A stretch of 64,000 nt of DNA from Macrostomum hystrix. Taxonomy: Eukaryota > Animalia > Platyhelminthes. Position numbers and translations under genes: made by a program. The notes beneath the pieces were generated by a model, which was not told the DNA's origin, searched no databases, and worked only from the letters and a program-made list of their open reading frames with translations. The stretch spans positions 7,564,001-7,628,000 of the forward strand of contig CATNEN010000029.1 of NCBI GenBank assembly GCA_950097015.1, written 5' to 3'. Below are positions 37,355 to 47,782 of the stretch, piece after piece. Position 1 is the stretch's first letter. Each line of letters starts with the position of its first letter.

Positions 37355-40130
37355 AAAGCCAGGGAAAGCGGAGAGAAGGATGGGAAGGCATGGAAAGCGG
37401 AGAGAAGGATGGGAAGGCATGGAAAGCGGAGAGAAGGATGGGAAGGCATGGAAAGCGGAGAGAAGGATGGGAAGGCATGGAAAGCGGAGAGAAGGATGGG
37501 AAGGCAGGGAAAGCGGAGAGAAGGATGGGAAGGCAGGGAAAGCGGAGAGAAGGATGGGAAGGCATGGAAAGCGGAGAGAAGGATGGGAAGGCATGGAAAG
37601 CGGAGAGAAGGATGGGAAGGCAGGGAAAGCGGAGAGAAGGATGGGAAGGCAGGGAAAGCGGAGAGAAGGATGGAAAGGCAGGGAAAGCGGAGAGAAGGAT
37701 GGAAAGCAGGGAAAGCGGAGAGAAGGATGGGAAGGCATAGAAAGCGGAGGGAAGGATGGGAACGCAGGGAAAGCGGAGAGAAGGATGGGAAGGCATGGAA
37801 AGCGGAGAGAAGGATGGGAAGGCAGGGAAAGCGGAGAGAAGGATGGGAAGGCATGGAAAGCGGAGAGAAGGATGGGAAGGCAGGGAAAGCGGAGAGAAGG
37901 ATGGGAAGGCATGGAAAGCGGAGAGAAGGATGGGAAGGCATGGAAAGCGGAGAGAAGGATGGGAAGGCAGGGAAAGCGGAGAGAAGGATGGGAAGGCAGG
38001 GAAAGCGGAGAGAAGGATGGAAAGGCAGGGAAAGCGGAGAGAAGGATGGAAAGGCAGGGAAAGCGGAGGGAAGGATGGGAAGGCATGGAAAGCGGAGAGA
38101 AGGACGGGAAGGCAGGGAAAGCGGAGAGAAGGATGGGAAGGCATGGAAAGCGGAGAGAAGGATGGGAAGGCAGGGAAAGCGGAGAGAAGGATGGGAAGGC
38201 AGGGAAAGCGGAGAGAAGGATGGGAAGGCAGGGAAAGCGGAGAGAAGGATGGGAAGGCAGGGAAAGCGGAGAGAAGGATGGGAAGGCAGGGAAAGCGGAG
38301 AGAAGGATGGGAAGGCATGGAAAGCGGAGAGAAGGATGGGAAGGCAGGGAAAGCGGAGAGAAGGATGGGAAGGCACGGAAAGCGGAGAGAAGGATGGAAA
38401 GGCGGGGAAAGCGGAGAGAAGGATGGGAAGGCAGGGAAAGCGGAGAGAAGGATGGGAAGGCAGGGAAAGCGGAGAGAAGGATGGGAAGGCAGGGAAAGCG
38501 GAGAGAAGGATGGAAAGGCAGGGAAAGCGGAGAGAAGGATGGGAAGGCAGGGAAAGCGGAGAGAAGGATGGGAAGGCATGGAAAGCGGAGAGAAGGATGG
38601 GAAGGCAGGGAAAGCGGAGAGAAGGATGGGAAGGCAGGGAAAGCGGAGAGAAGGATGGGAAGGCAGGGAAAGCGGAGAGAAGGATGGGAAGGCATGGAAA
38701 GCGGAGAGAAGGATGGGAAGGCAGGGAAAGCGGAGAGAAGGATGGAAAGGCAGGGAAAGCGGAGAGAAGGATGGGAAGGCATGGAAAGCGGAGGGAAGGA
38801 TGGGAAGGCATGGAAAGCGGAGAGAAGGATGGGAAGGCATGGAAAGCGGAGAGAAGGATGGGAAGGCAGGGAAAGCGGAGAGAAGGATGGGAAGGCATGG
38901 AAAGCGGAGAGAAGGATGGGAAGGCAGGGAAAGCGGAGAGAAGGATGGGAAGGCAGGGAAAAGCGGAGAGAAGGATGGGAAGGCATGGAAAGCGGAGAGA
39001 AGGATGGGAAGGCAGGGAAAGCGGAGAGAAGGATGGGAAGGCATGGAAAGCGGAGAGAAGGATGGAAAGGCAGGGAAAGCGGAGAGAAGGATGGAAGGCA
39101 GGGAAAGCGGAGAGAAGGATGGGAAGGCAGGGAAAGCGGAGAGAAGGATGGAAAGGCAGGGAAAGCGGAGAGAAGGATGGGAAGGCAGGGAAAGCGGAGA
39201 GAAGGATGGGAAGGCAGGGAAAGCGGAGAGAAGGATGGGAAGGCAGGGAAAGCGGAGAGAAGGATGGAAAGGCAGGGAAAGCGGAGGGAAGGATGGGAAG
39301 GCATGGAAAGCGGAGAGAAGGATGGGAAGGCATGGAAAGCGGAGAGAAGGATGGGAAGGCAGGGAAAGCGGAGAGAAGGATGGGAAGGCATGGAAAGCGG
39401 AGAGAAGGATGGGAAGGCAGGGAAAGCGGAGAGAAGGATGGGAAGGCAGGGAAAGCGGAGAGAAGGATGGGAAGGCATGGAAAGCGGAGAGAAGGATGGG
39501 AAGGCAGGGAAAGCGGAGAGAAGGATGGGAAGGCATGGAAAGCGGAGAGAAGGATGGAAAGGCAGGGAAAGCGGAGAGAAGGATGGGAAGGCAGGGAAAG
39601 CGGAGAGAAGGATGGGAAGGCAGGGAAAGCGGAGAGAAGGATGGGAAGGCAGGGAAAGCGGAGAGAAGGATGGGAAGGCAGGGAAAGCGGAGAGAAGGAT
39701 GGGAAGGCATGGAAAGCGGAGAGAAGGATGGGAAGGCAGGGAAAGCGGAGAGAAGGATGGGAAGGCAGGGAAAGCGGAGAGAAGGATGGAAAGGCAGGGA
39801 AAGCGGAGAGAAGGATGGGAAGGCATGGAAAGCGGAGAGAAGGATGGAAAGGCAGGGAAAGCGGAGAGAAGGATGGGAAGGCAGGGAAAGCGGAGAGAAG
39901 GATGGAAAGGCAGGGAAAGCGGAGAGAAGGATGGGAAGGCAGGGAAAGCGGAGGGAAGGATGGGAAGGCAGGGAAAGCGGAGAGAAGGATGGGAAGGCAG
40001 GGAAAGCGGAGAGAAGGATGGAAAGGCAGGGAAAGCGGAGAGAAGGATGGAAAGGCAGGGAAAGCGGAGAGAAGGCTGGAAAGGCAGGGAAAGCGGAGGG
40101 AAGGATTGGAAGCCAGGCAGGGAAAGCAGA
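37355..40130. repeat. 29-bp purine-rich minisatellite (ggaaagcggagagaaggatgggaaggcag), about 95 units
   Basis: Direct inspection. Confidence 0.97.
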
Positions 40131-40705
40131 GGGATTGGTGGAATAGCTGTGAAACAGTGCCTGAGCTAAAAAATACGCACTGGTTGTTGTTAGATTTTAA
40201 AGTTTTCCTCAATTTCCCAGAAATATCCAACCTAAAAATAAGTTTTGAACAAGTCAGATCAGAAATTCTGCAAATTAGAATCGACATATTATCCACATAT
40301 TTTCAAATTTAACAAAAAAAATGCGGCGAAAAAATCATTTTAGGATTATTTCGCGACAAAATTTCGGTGAGAAAGATGCGCGATTTTAGCTGTACAAAGC
40401 GATTTCTGTGAATAGCACTGGGGAAGCTGTTCAAAAGCTGTCTTTTAGCGCATAGACAAACCTGGGTCCGCTAGTCGGGATCTGGTATTTAACAGCGGAC
40501 TTCTGACCGGACAAGACTGACAGACAGGCTGCTATTTGGCTGCCTGGCTTCGGGTTGAAAGGCGGCGATCACAGTTCCTTTGCACTTTCTTGCCGTGCTG
40601 GAATTCCTAGCTAAACACTGCTGAAGGGATACACGATCGCACCCTCCGATATTGGCGAGTTATTATCGCTCAGGGAAGAGAATCGGTAGCATTTTGTAAC
40701 TCAAC

Positions 40706-41178
40706 GAGATAACGGGGGGGGATGAGACAGGGGAGAGACGAGACAGGGAAGTGATGAGACAGGGAGAGATAACGGGAGAGAGATGAGACAGGGAAGGGAT
40801 GAGACAGGGAAGGGATGAGACAGGGGAAGGGATGAGACAGGGAAGGGATGAGACAGGGAAGGGATGAGACAGGGAAGGGATGAGACAGGGAAGGGATGAG
40901 ACAGGGAGAGATAACGGGAGAGAGATGAGACATGGGAGAGACGAGGCAGGGGAGAGATGAGACGGGGGAGAGACGAGACGGAGGAGTGATGAGACAGGGA
41001 GAGACGAGACAGGGAGAGATGAGACAGGGAGAGATAACGGGAGAGAGATGAGACAGGGAGAGATAACGGGAGAGAGATGAGACTGGGAGAGATAACTGGA
41101 GAGAGATGAGACGTAGAGATAACTGGAGAGAGATGATACGGAGAGATAACTGGAGAGAGATGAGACAGGGAGAGATAA
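40706..41178. repeat. About 16-bp purine-rich repeat (gggatgagacagggaa / gagataacgggagag)
   Basis: Direct inspection. Confidence 0.9.
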
Positions 41179-41612
41179 GTCCAGTTCATACTTTCCGCAT
41201 AACCCTTGGCATTCTAGTCAACTAAGCAGCGATCGGATTGCACAGGAGAAGCCAGCGAGAAAGTGGCAGTCTTTATTATAGGACTAAACAAAGCAATTTT
41301 ACAAAGGTTATGAGTCATGCAATTTTTCTGCCAAACTGCCTTCCTTTCACTCTCACTGTTCGTCGCATTTCAAACACTCTTGCTAAAATATCCCTAAAAG
41401 CAGCCAGATTAGGGGATAAAAAGTGAATCGCTCATTCTCGGCTCTATCACCAGAGGGCTGCGCTCATGTTTTTCTCGCGATCACGTTCCCATTGAATTCC
41501 CAGTTCATAAACGGGAGCAAACAACAGACAACAATGTAAAATATTCTATATGAATCGATGAAAAAAGTAAACAACGATAAATTAAAGCCTTGTATTAAAG
41601 TAGGATCTAGGA

Positions 41613-42027
41613 CAGGGGTCGGCAAACTCCGGCCCGCGGGCCAGATGCGGCTCTCGAAGCTCCCAAATCCGGCCCGTTGCCCCTTCTGACATCTACAGTG
41701 TCCTGTTTCATCTCTCTCGTGTCTTATCTCTCCTGTCTCATCTCTCCCGTGTCTCATCTCTCCCGTGTCTTATCTCTCCCGTGTCTCATCTCTCCCGTGT
41801 CTCATCTCTCCCGTGTCTTATCTCTCCTGTCTCATCTCTCCCGTGTCTCATCTCTCCCGTGTATTATCTCTCCCGTGTCTCATCTCTCCCGTGTCTCATC
41901 TCTCCCGTGTCTCATCTCTCCCGTGTCTCATCTCTCCCCTATCTCATATTCATACAGTCAATGCGGCCCGCTGTCGTCTTTTAGGTTCTCTCTTTGGCCC
42001 GCCAGCAAATAAGTTTGCCTACCCCTG
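41613..42027. mobile_element. hAT (Charlie/Buster-type) MITE with an internal 16-bp minisatellite
   Basis: TIRs CAGGGGTCGGCAAACT and AGTTTGCCTACCCCTG; perfect 8-bp TSD ATCTAGGA (41605-41612 and 42028-42035) with central TA; internal (tctcatctctcccgtg)n at about 41700-41940. Confidence 0.92.
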
Positions 42028-42099
42028 ATCTAGGAGCTAGGAAATTGATGGTTAAAAGCTAACGGAAAGCACGAGCTTTAACTGTCCTTAAGTGAGACC

Positions 42100-42200
42100 C
42101 CAGATCCCTAGTGTTTTAATCCGCAGAGCTGTGAAATGGGAACCAGCATCAGCTGGGGTACAAGGGTGAGTGTGTCCACCTCCCCAGTCCATGAACTAAG
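42100..42200 (+). mobile_element. SINE central-domain fragment
   Basis: agctgtgaaatgggaaccagcatcagctggg...ccccagtccatgaact matches the other SINE copies. Confidence 0.55.
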
Positions 42201-42474
42201 TCGCTTAACAATAGAAAGATCACGGGCATTTCCATGAGGAATGCTCCTGACCTAATTTTCGTGTTGTCTTCGACTTATAGCTCGTAGTCTCAAACGACAA
42301 TTAACATATAATAGTAATAATACTGACTTATTTCAACTATCCCAAAAGGCATCGTTAATATATTATATTAGTCGACCTAAATGCCTTACGAATTATTGAA
42401 TCACAAATGCTGACTGCGTCTGCGGTAAAATCCACAATAGCTTTTGATTCATTATAATAAGCAAAATATTCCAG

Positions 42475-43503
42475 CTCCTACAGTCGGCCTGGACTACTGC
42501 AAGTAGACGAGAGTGCAAAACAGCTGCAGAAAAAACCAGTCGCAACAAGCTGGCCCCAGTCGCCGCCCTTTCTCTAGCGGCGGCCGCAGTTTTAACCATC
42601 ATGGTCGTAGTTTCGTCGCATTCAACGTGTAAGCTAATACAATGTCCTTCACGATCGCCTTCAACAACCTCTCCGTCGAGCTTCAGGCGCCGTGTGCCCA
42701 GGGCGCTGGTGATCGGCGCCAGAAAGTGCGGCACCCGAGCCCTGCTGGACTTCCTGTCGCTGCATCCAAGCGTGCGATCCGCCAGGGGTGAGATACACTA
42801 CTTCGATCGCACCGATCATCAACGCCTGGGCCTGTCCTGGTACCGCAGCCGCATGCCGTACAGTAGGCCGGACCAGCTGACGCTGGAGAAATCTCCGGCC
42901 TATTTTGTGACGCCGGAAGCGCCCAGACGAGTGCGACAGGTTCGACCGGAAATGAGGCTGCTGCTGGTGCTGCGCGACCCCGTGCGGAGAGTCGTGAGCG
43001 ACTTCGCCCAGCGCCTGCACCGGAGAGCCAGCCAGGGCCGGCCGCCCGTGACGCTCGAGTCTCTGGTGCTCGGTCGAGATGGCCGAGTCAACGCTCGCTC
43101 GCCTCTCGTTGCCACCTCCGTCTATCACCGACACCTGGCCCTCTGGCTGGCCGAGTTTCCACGCCGGCAGGTGCATATTGTCGACGGCGACCAGCTGGCG
43201 GAGCGGCCGTACGCGGAGCTCCGTCTAGCCGAAGCGTTCCTCGGCCTGCAGAGTCGGCTGCACCCTGCCCAGTTCGTCTACAACGCCAGCAAAGGCTTCT
43301 ACTGCGCCAGGCGTGGCGGGTCGAGCGGCTCGCCGACTCGCTGCCTGGGGCCCGGCAAAGGTCGGCGGCATCCGCCGGTGTCGCTGGAGACGCTCGGCCG
43401 GTTGCGCGCATATTTTGCTAGGCACAATGCCAAGTTAGAGAGGCTGGCGCGTAGAAAATTCAGTTGGATGACAGCGAATGAGGTCGGGACGGACAAGCTG
43501 TGA
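42475..43503 (+). CDS. HS3ST: Heparan sulfate glucosamine 3-O-sulfotransferase (HS3ST1/5-like), main exon
   Basis: PAPS-binding IGARKCGTRALL, EIHYFD, EKSPAYF, LRDPVRRVVSD, YNASKGFYC and CLGPGKGR. The frame is open upstream of ATG 42601 through a type II TM (LAPVAALSLAAAAVLTIMVVV) to the acceptor ttccag| at 42475. Confidence 0.93.
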   Translation, partial: LLQSAWTTASRRECKTAAEKTSRNKLAPVAALSLAAAAVLTIMVVVSSHSTCKLIQCPSRSPSTTSPSSFRRRVPRALVIGARKCGTRALLDFLSLHPSVRSARGEIHYFDRTDHQRLGLSWYRSRMPYSRPDQLTLEKSPAYFVTPEAPRRVRQVRPEMRLLLVLRDPVRRVVSDFAQRLHRRASQGRPPVTLESLVLGRDGRVNARSPLVATSVYHRHLALWLAEFPRRQVHIVDGDQLAERPYAELRLAEAFLGLQSRLHPAQFVYNASKGFYCARRGGSSGSPTRCLGPGKGRRHPPVSLETLGRLRAYFARHNAKLERLARRKFSWMTANEVGTDKL

Positions 43504-44125
43504 CCACAGCAGAGCCATCTTGAGTCTTTGGAACTGAACTTAACTGGGAATATTTTTGTTTTGTCGATGAACAGTTGAGATCTTGAAATTAAGTCTTACA
43601 AACTTTTCCTTGGCAACCATATGAAGCGTTAAGCGGTCGCATTTCACATTATTTTGTAAATTGAATTGCACTTGATTTTTTCTTGACGAATTGTTGATAT
43701 TTCGAAAAATAATGTTTCAGAGAAAATTTTTGCCCATTCTTCTTCTAAGTTATCTGGAAAAAATCTAATTGTTTTCATTGCAGCAAAATAAATTCAATAT
43801 TGTAAATCATATAGATTCTGTACACAAAATAAAGCATTGAATGCGTTTAGTTTTATTATAAAAAACAACTAACAGTTGAGCTCGAGGTTGCAGAAGTCAT
43901 TCTGGTAATTTTATTGCAGCAGAGGTGCAAGATGAAGAATGAGCACCTGAGGCCATCAATTACGTTTCCGAACCCGAATATTCCAGAATGCTAACAAAAC
44001 AGTCAGCTTTGAACATTGAAGACCAAGTTACTTAATCTCGTACCTAACGTACCTACGTACGTACCTAATGTACGTACCTCGTAGAAGCAAAGGCTTTTTG
44101 GATTCTGGATAGTTTATGTAAACTG

Positions 44126-44164
44126 AAGGACTACTAAACAAGGACTGGTTGTTTAGTAGTCCTT
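44126..44164. repeat. Perfect 16-bp inverted repeat with 7-nt loop
   Basis: aaggactactaaacaa-ggactgg-ttgtttagtagtcctt. Confidence 0.9.
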
Positions 44165-45184
44165 GTGTAACCTAAATAGTCGGAACTGCGATTTGGTATT
44201 TTGGTTAGCATGTGAAGCTATACATGGTGTTTCACCCTTTACTCTGTATCCCAATTTACCGCACAAAGCGGCTGTATCAGCACCTGAACTATCGGCTAGA
44301 AATCCTATTTGCTTTTTCCGGAAAACAAAAATTCTAGTGTTTATCCCGGAAAAATACATGCAGTCTAAAAATATGGCTACTTTAATTTAAAGACAAAAAA
44401 TGCGCGTACACTATCTTGTGACCTAAAATGCGAGACTTAAGTTTGAGAAGAAAATTTATAAGCTGAGCCTGGCATTGGTTAACTGAGCGGCTATAGCACA
44501 TCTCCATGTGGACCACACGCGCTGAGGATGATAGTACGGACTCTTACTTAAACCGACGCAAAGCTGCATGAAATATCTATCAACTGTAGCCAGCAACACC
44601 AGCTGAATGCGGTAGCTGCAGCTGCTAGCGTAGGTATCATGTGCTCTATGCAAGCAGCATACCGTATCCGCTAGCATCGCTTGACACAAAGAAAAGAGAA
44701 GGGAGTTTGAGAGCAGAGGAGTGAGGGATGGGCAGGAACTGTTGCTGCATCAGCGGCTTTGCAGTTCTAGAATCCCTCCCCTCAACATCACACCATCTAC
44801 CTGAAATTCAACCAATCAGCCAGGAGTCCAGGAATGCTAGGTCCGTACTCTGCCAGGTTTTGCCTGCAAACCCACAGTTTGAGCAGCCAACCAATCTGAC
44901 GTTGCCACGACTAGAGCCATCGCTCAGCAAAGCCGTCCCTCCACCAGCTTCCCAGTCTGCCTGCCTCCACTTCATCTTTTGCATAGCAGAAGACATGTGC
45001 TACATAAGTCTCTCTACCCCCATCTGTCGGAATCCTCACCCTCAGGAAACAGAAAGCTTGTCGTCCGATTTTAACTGTGAATTCGCAGAAAATCCGAGAG
45101 TCATCAAGACAGCTTGAGGGCAGGAATAAAAACACCATTCAAGCCTTGCGGCTCGCCGTACCTCAAACTGCAACTACGAGTAAT

Positions 45185-46672
45185 ATGTCTGCCCGTAAAA
45201 ACGCGAAGAAGGACATTCTGCGGCCATCTGTGGCTTTAAAAGCGGAGCAGAAGCTCTCTAAGCACAGGGACACGGACTTCAAAGTATGTAACGAAGATTT
45301 TCCACTACTGGAGCGATTTCCCACAACCGCTAACAACACCGGGACACTGGGAGTTGAGCCAGGAACAAAGGAGGCCAAAGGCAAAGCAGTACTAAAAGCA
45401 TACGAGGAGCCACGTAATGAAGGCAGCAAACCGGACGTTGGAAATTACTGGAAGAAAGGCGCGCCGCGCTTTGCAGATTCGAAGAATTGCAACAGTAGAG
45501 TAAACGGCGGGAGCGGCAAAGGCCTGAACGACCAGGGCGGGAGCGGTAAAGGCCTGAACGACCAAGGTTGGAGCGGCAAAGGCCTGAACGACCAAGGTTG
45601 GAGCGGCAAAGGCCAGAACGACCAAGGCGGGAGCGGCAAAGGCCTGAACGACCAAGGCGGGAGCGGCAAAGGCCTGAACGACCAAGGCGGGAGCGGCAAA
45701 GGCCTGAACGATCAAGGCGGGAGCGGCAAAGGCCTGAACGACCAAGGCGGGAGCGGCAAAGGCCTGAACGATCAAGGCGGGAGCGGCAAAGGCCTGAACG
45801 ACCAAGGTTGGAGCGGCAAAGGCCTGAACGACCAAGGTTGGAGCGGCAAAGGCCTGAACGACCAAGGCGGGAGAGGCAAAAGTGGAAGCGGGATCATCGG
45901 TTGCTTGGAACTGCCGCTGGTGATGCAGCAACTTAATCCAGAGGCTCAAGATTTCCAGCCCGTAGGAGTGGCCACCGCCCCCGAAACGTCTGAATCGAGA
46001 CCGCATGGTCTAGTGTCGAATATGTTCGGCGCATTCTTACTGCCGCTCGCTGAGAATCTGACACTGTTAGACGTTCAAGAGCCAAGAGCAACTTGCGACG
46101 GCAACTGCCACCGAAAGTCAACAGAAGCATCAACGCTACTACCGTCCGCTTCAACAGACTCTGCGAGCGCGAATTGCAAGTCAATTAGTACAAGTGGCAA
46201 GTCAGCAATGATTCCAAATACAAAGTCGCCAAGATTTTCCCAACTAAGCTCCCGGCGAACTTCGACGAAAGCTCTTCAGTCGCCGACGCAGCAGCAGAGG
46301 CCAACAACGTCGGCGGAGTCCTCGACAGGCCCGAAGGCCTGCGCCCGATCGCCAGTTGCCGTAGTCCGACCTCAGCCACCATCTGCTATCACTGAGGCTG
46401 GCGCAGGCGTCATCCCGTTGCCGCAAAACTTCCCGGCGTTGCCAGTGTTTGCTGGGCCCTACGGCCCGGTGGCGGCCTGTTACCCCGCGTTGATTACCCA
46501 GCAGCCGCCGGTGACTGTGCTGTTGCCGGCCAGGCCACAAGGTTCAGTAATGGTGGCGGCGGCGCCGGCCGTCTATCCGCAACTTCAACAGTCGCTGCAG
46601 TGGGTGCAGGTGCATCCTGCGCCGCAATCTTTGGCGATGCTGCATCCTTTTCCTTATGGTAGGCCGCCATGA
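45185..46672 (+). CDS. Disordered protein with 12x G(G/W)SGKGLNDQ repeat, PAM2 motif and Pro/Gln/Ala-rich C-terminus
   Basis: ORF is open 45077-46672 with first ATG at 45185. In-frame 30-bp repeat at 45506-45865 and LNPEAQDFQP at 45932-45961; long unique stop-free flanks on both sides of the repeat. Confidence 0.7.
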   Translation: MSARKNAKKDILRPSVALKAEQKLSKHRDTDFKVCNEDFPLLERFPTTANNTGTLGVEPGTKEAKGKAVLKAYEEPRNEGSKPDVGNYWKKGAPRFADSKNCNSRVNGGSGKGLNDQGGSGKGLNDQGWSGKGLNDQGWSGKGQNDQGGSGKGLNDQGGSGKGLNDQGGSGKGLNDQGGSGKGLNDQGGSGKGLNDQGGSGKGLNDQGWSGKGLNDQGWSGKGLNDQGGRGKSGSGIIGCLELPLVMQQLNPEAQDFQPVGVATAPETSESRPHGLVSNMFGAFLLPLAENLTLLDVQEPRATCDGNCHRKSTEASTLLPSASTDSASANCKSISTSGKSAMIPNTKSPRFSQLSSRRTSTKALQSPTQQQRPTTSAESSTGPKACARSPVAVVRPQPPSAITEAGAGVIPLPQNFPALPVFAGPYGPVAACYPALITQQPPVTVLLPARPQGSVMVAAAPAVYPQLQQSLQWVQVHPAPQSLAMLHPFPYGRPP

Positions 46673-47782
46673 TGCTTCTATTATACTAGCCACTGCTTCG
46701 AAAACAATATTCTTCAACAAATTTTTCCAGCGCCGTTGCAGAAACATTTATAATTTATTCAATGTAAACTTTTTGCCGTGACAACACGTACATTTTCTAT
46801 ACAATAAATCCACAAAATCTTTCGACAAAGCATCAAGGGGTTGCGCCTAACAGCGTGCCATTGCTTTTATACGCCATGAATGGTCTAACCTAAAATGGCA
46901 CATTATCTGATGTACAATGCATTGGTTGACTCCAGCAAAGTCCTGTTCAGTAAAGGTTGCGGCCAAAAAGTTGCAGTCATGCATGCGAATCATTTTTACC
47001 TATTTTTACCTATTACGAGGGTTCTGAGTTACATTCACATTCGTTGCATTGTTGATATTGAATGAAAAAAAACAGTGGAAATGGTAATGTCGTTTAGTTT
47101 CAAGTGCAGCGATGCACGTATTTTTGTTTTGGCAAATGCGAATATTTTCATTCATGTTTAACATGCAGCATAGTCAATTGCATTTTATTTACTTCTCTTC
47201 TTAATTATTATCGATTGAGAAAAACGAAATTACCATTAATGGTAAAAACTGGGTATAAGCACAAGGAAATTCAGATAAATTGTTAGTTATTACGTACAAA
47301 CAAACTACTTAACTCGCATTAAATCAAGGATTTCAACAATAGTCTAGAAAATATGTTTTCAAGTCCCAGATGGAAAAAAAAACTTTTTTACGAGTAAATA
47401 TGCAGCTTTTCCAAGTGACCAAAGCTCCAGACAGTATTACTTTATTATCCGAAAGTCGTCCTTCAAATCTGCTTTTCAATGATATCAGTGGTTTAATTTT
47501 TTGTCACAGTTTCATTTAGAAGAGCCTTTAGCCAGTTTAATTCAGTGCCTTGCTCTCAAACAGTAGTAGTCGAAGCCTACAAAATGAGATTTGATCAAAC
47601 TTTAAACTAATAGACAGTGCTACTAGAAGCAATACAAGAGCATATTTTCGTGCTACATTACGTATTCTTAAAATTCGTCTTAATTTTTTGTAGCAAAATG
47701 CATGGACGGTTTTAAAAGTGGTACACTGCGGCGTGGTGAAATACGCCCAGGCCCACTTAAGCATCCAAAAGTACAATCAGTT

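Noticed and set aside
22404-40312. Very long ORFs (500-990 aa) at 22.4-24.2, 29.9-33.7, 34-36 and 37.2-40.3 kb
   Set aside because: They coincide with tandem arrays, are open in several frames and on both strands at once, and have no unique domain. They are artefacts of stop-free repeat units.
42136-42165. Alternative HS3ST first exon MGTSISWGTR|gtgagt
   Set aside because: It is phase-compatible but lies inside a SINE fragment, so likely fortuitous; it cannot be fully excluded.
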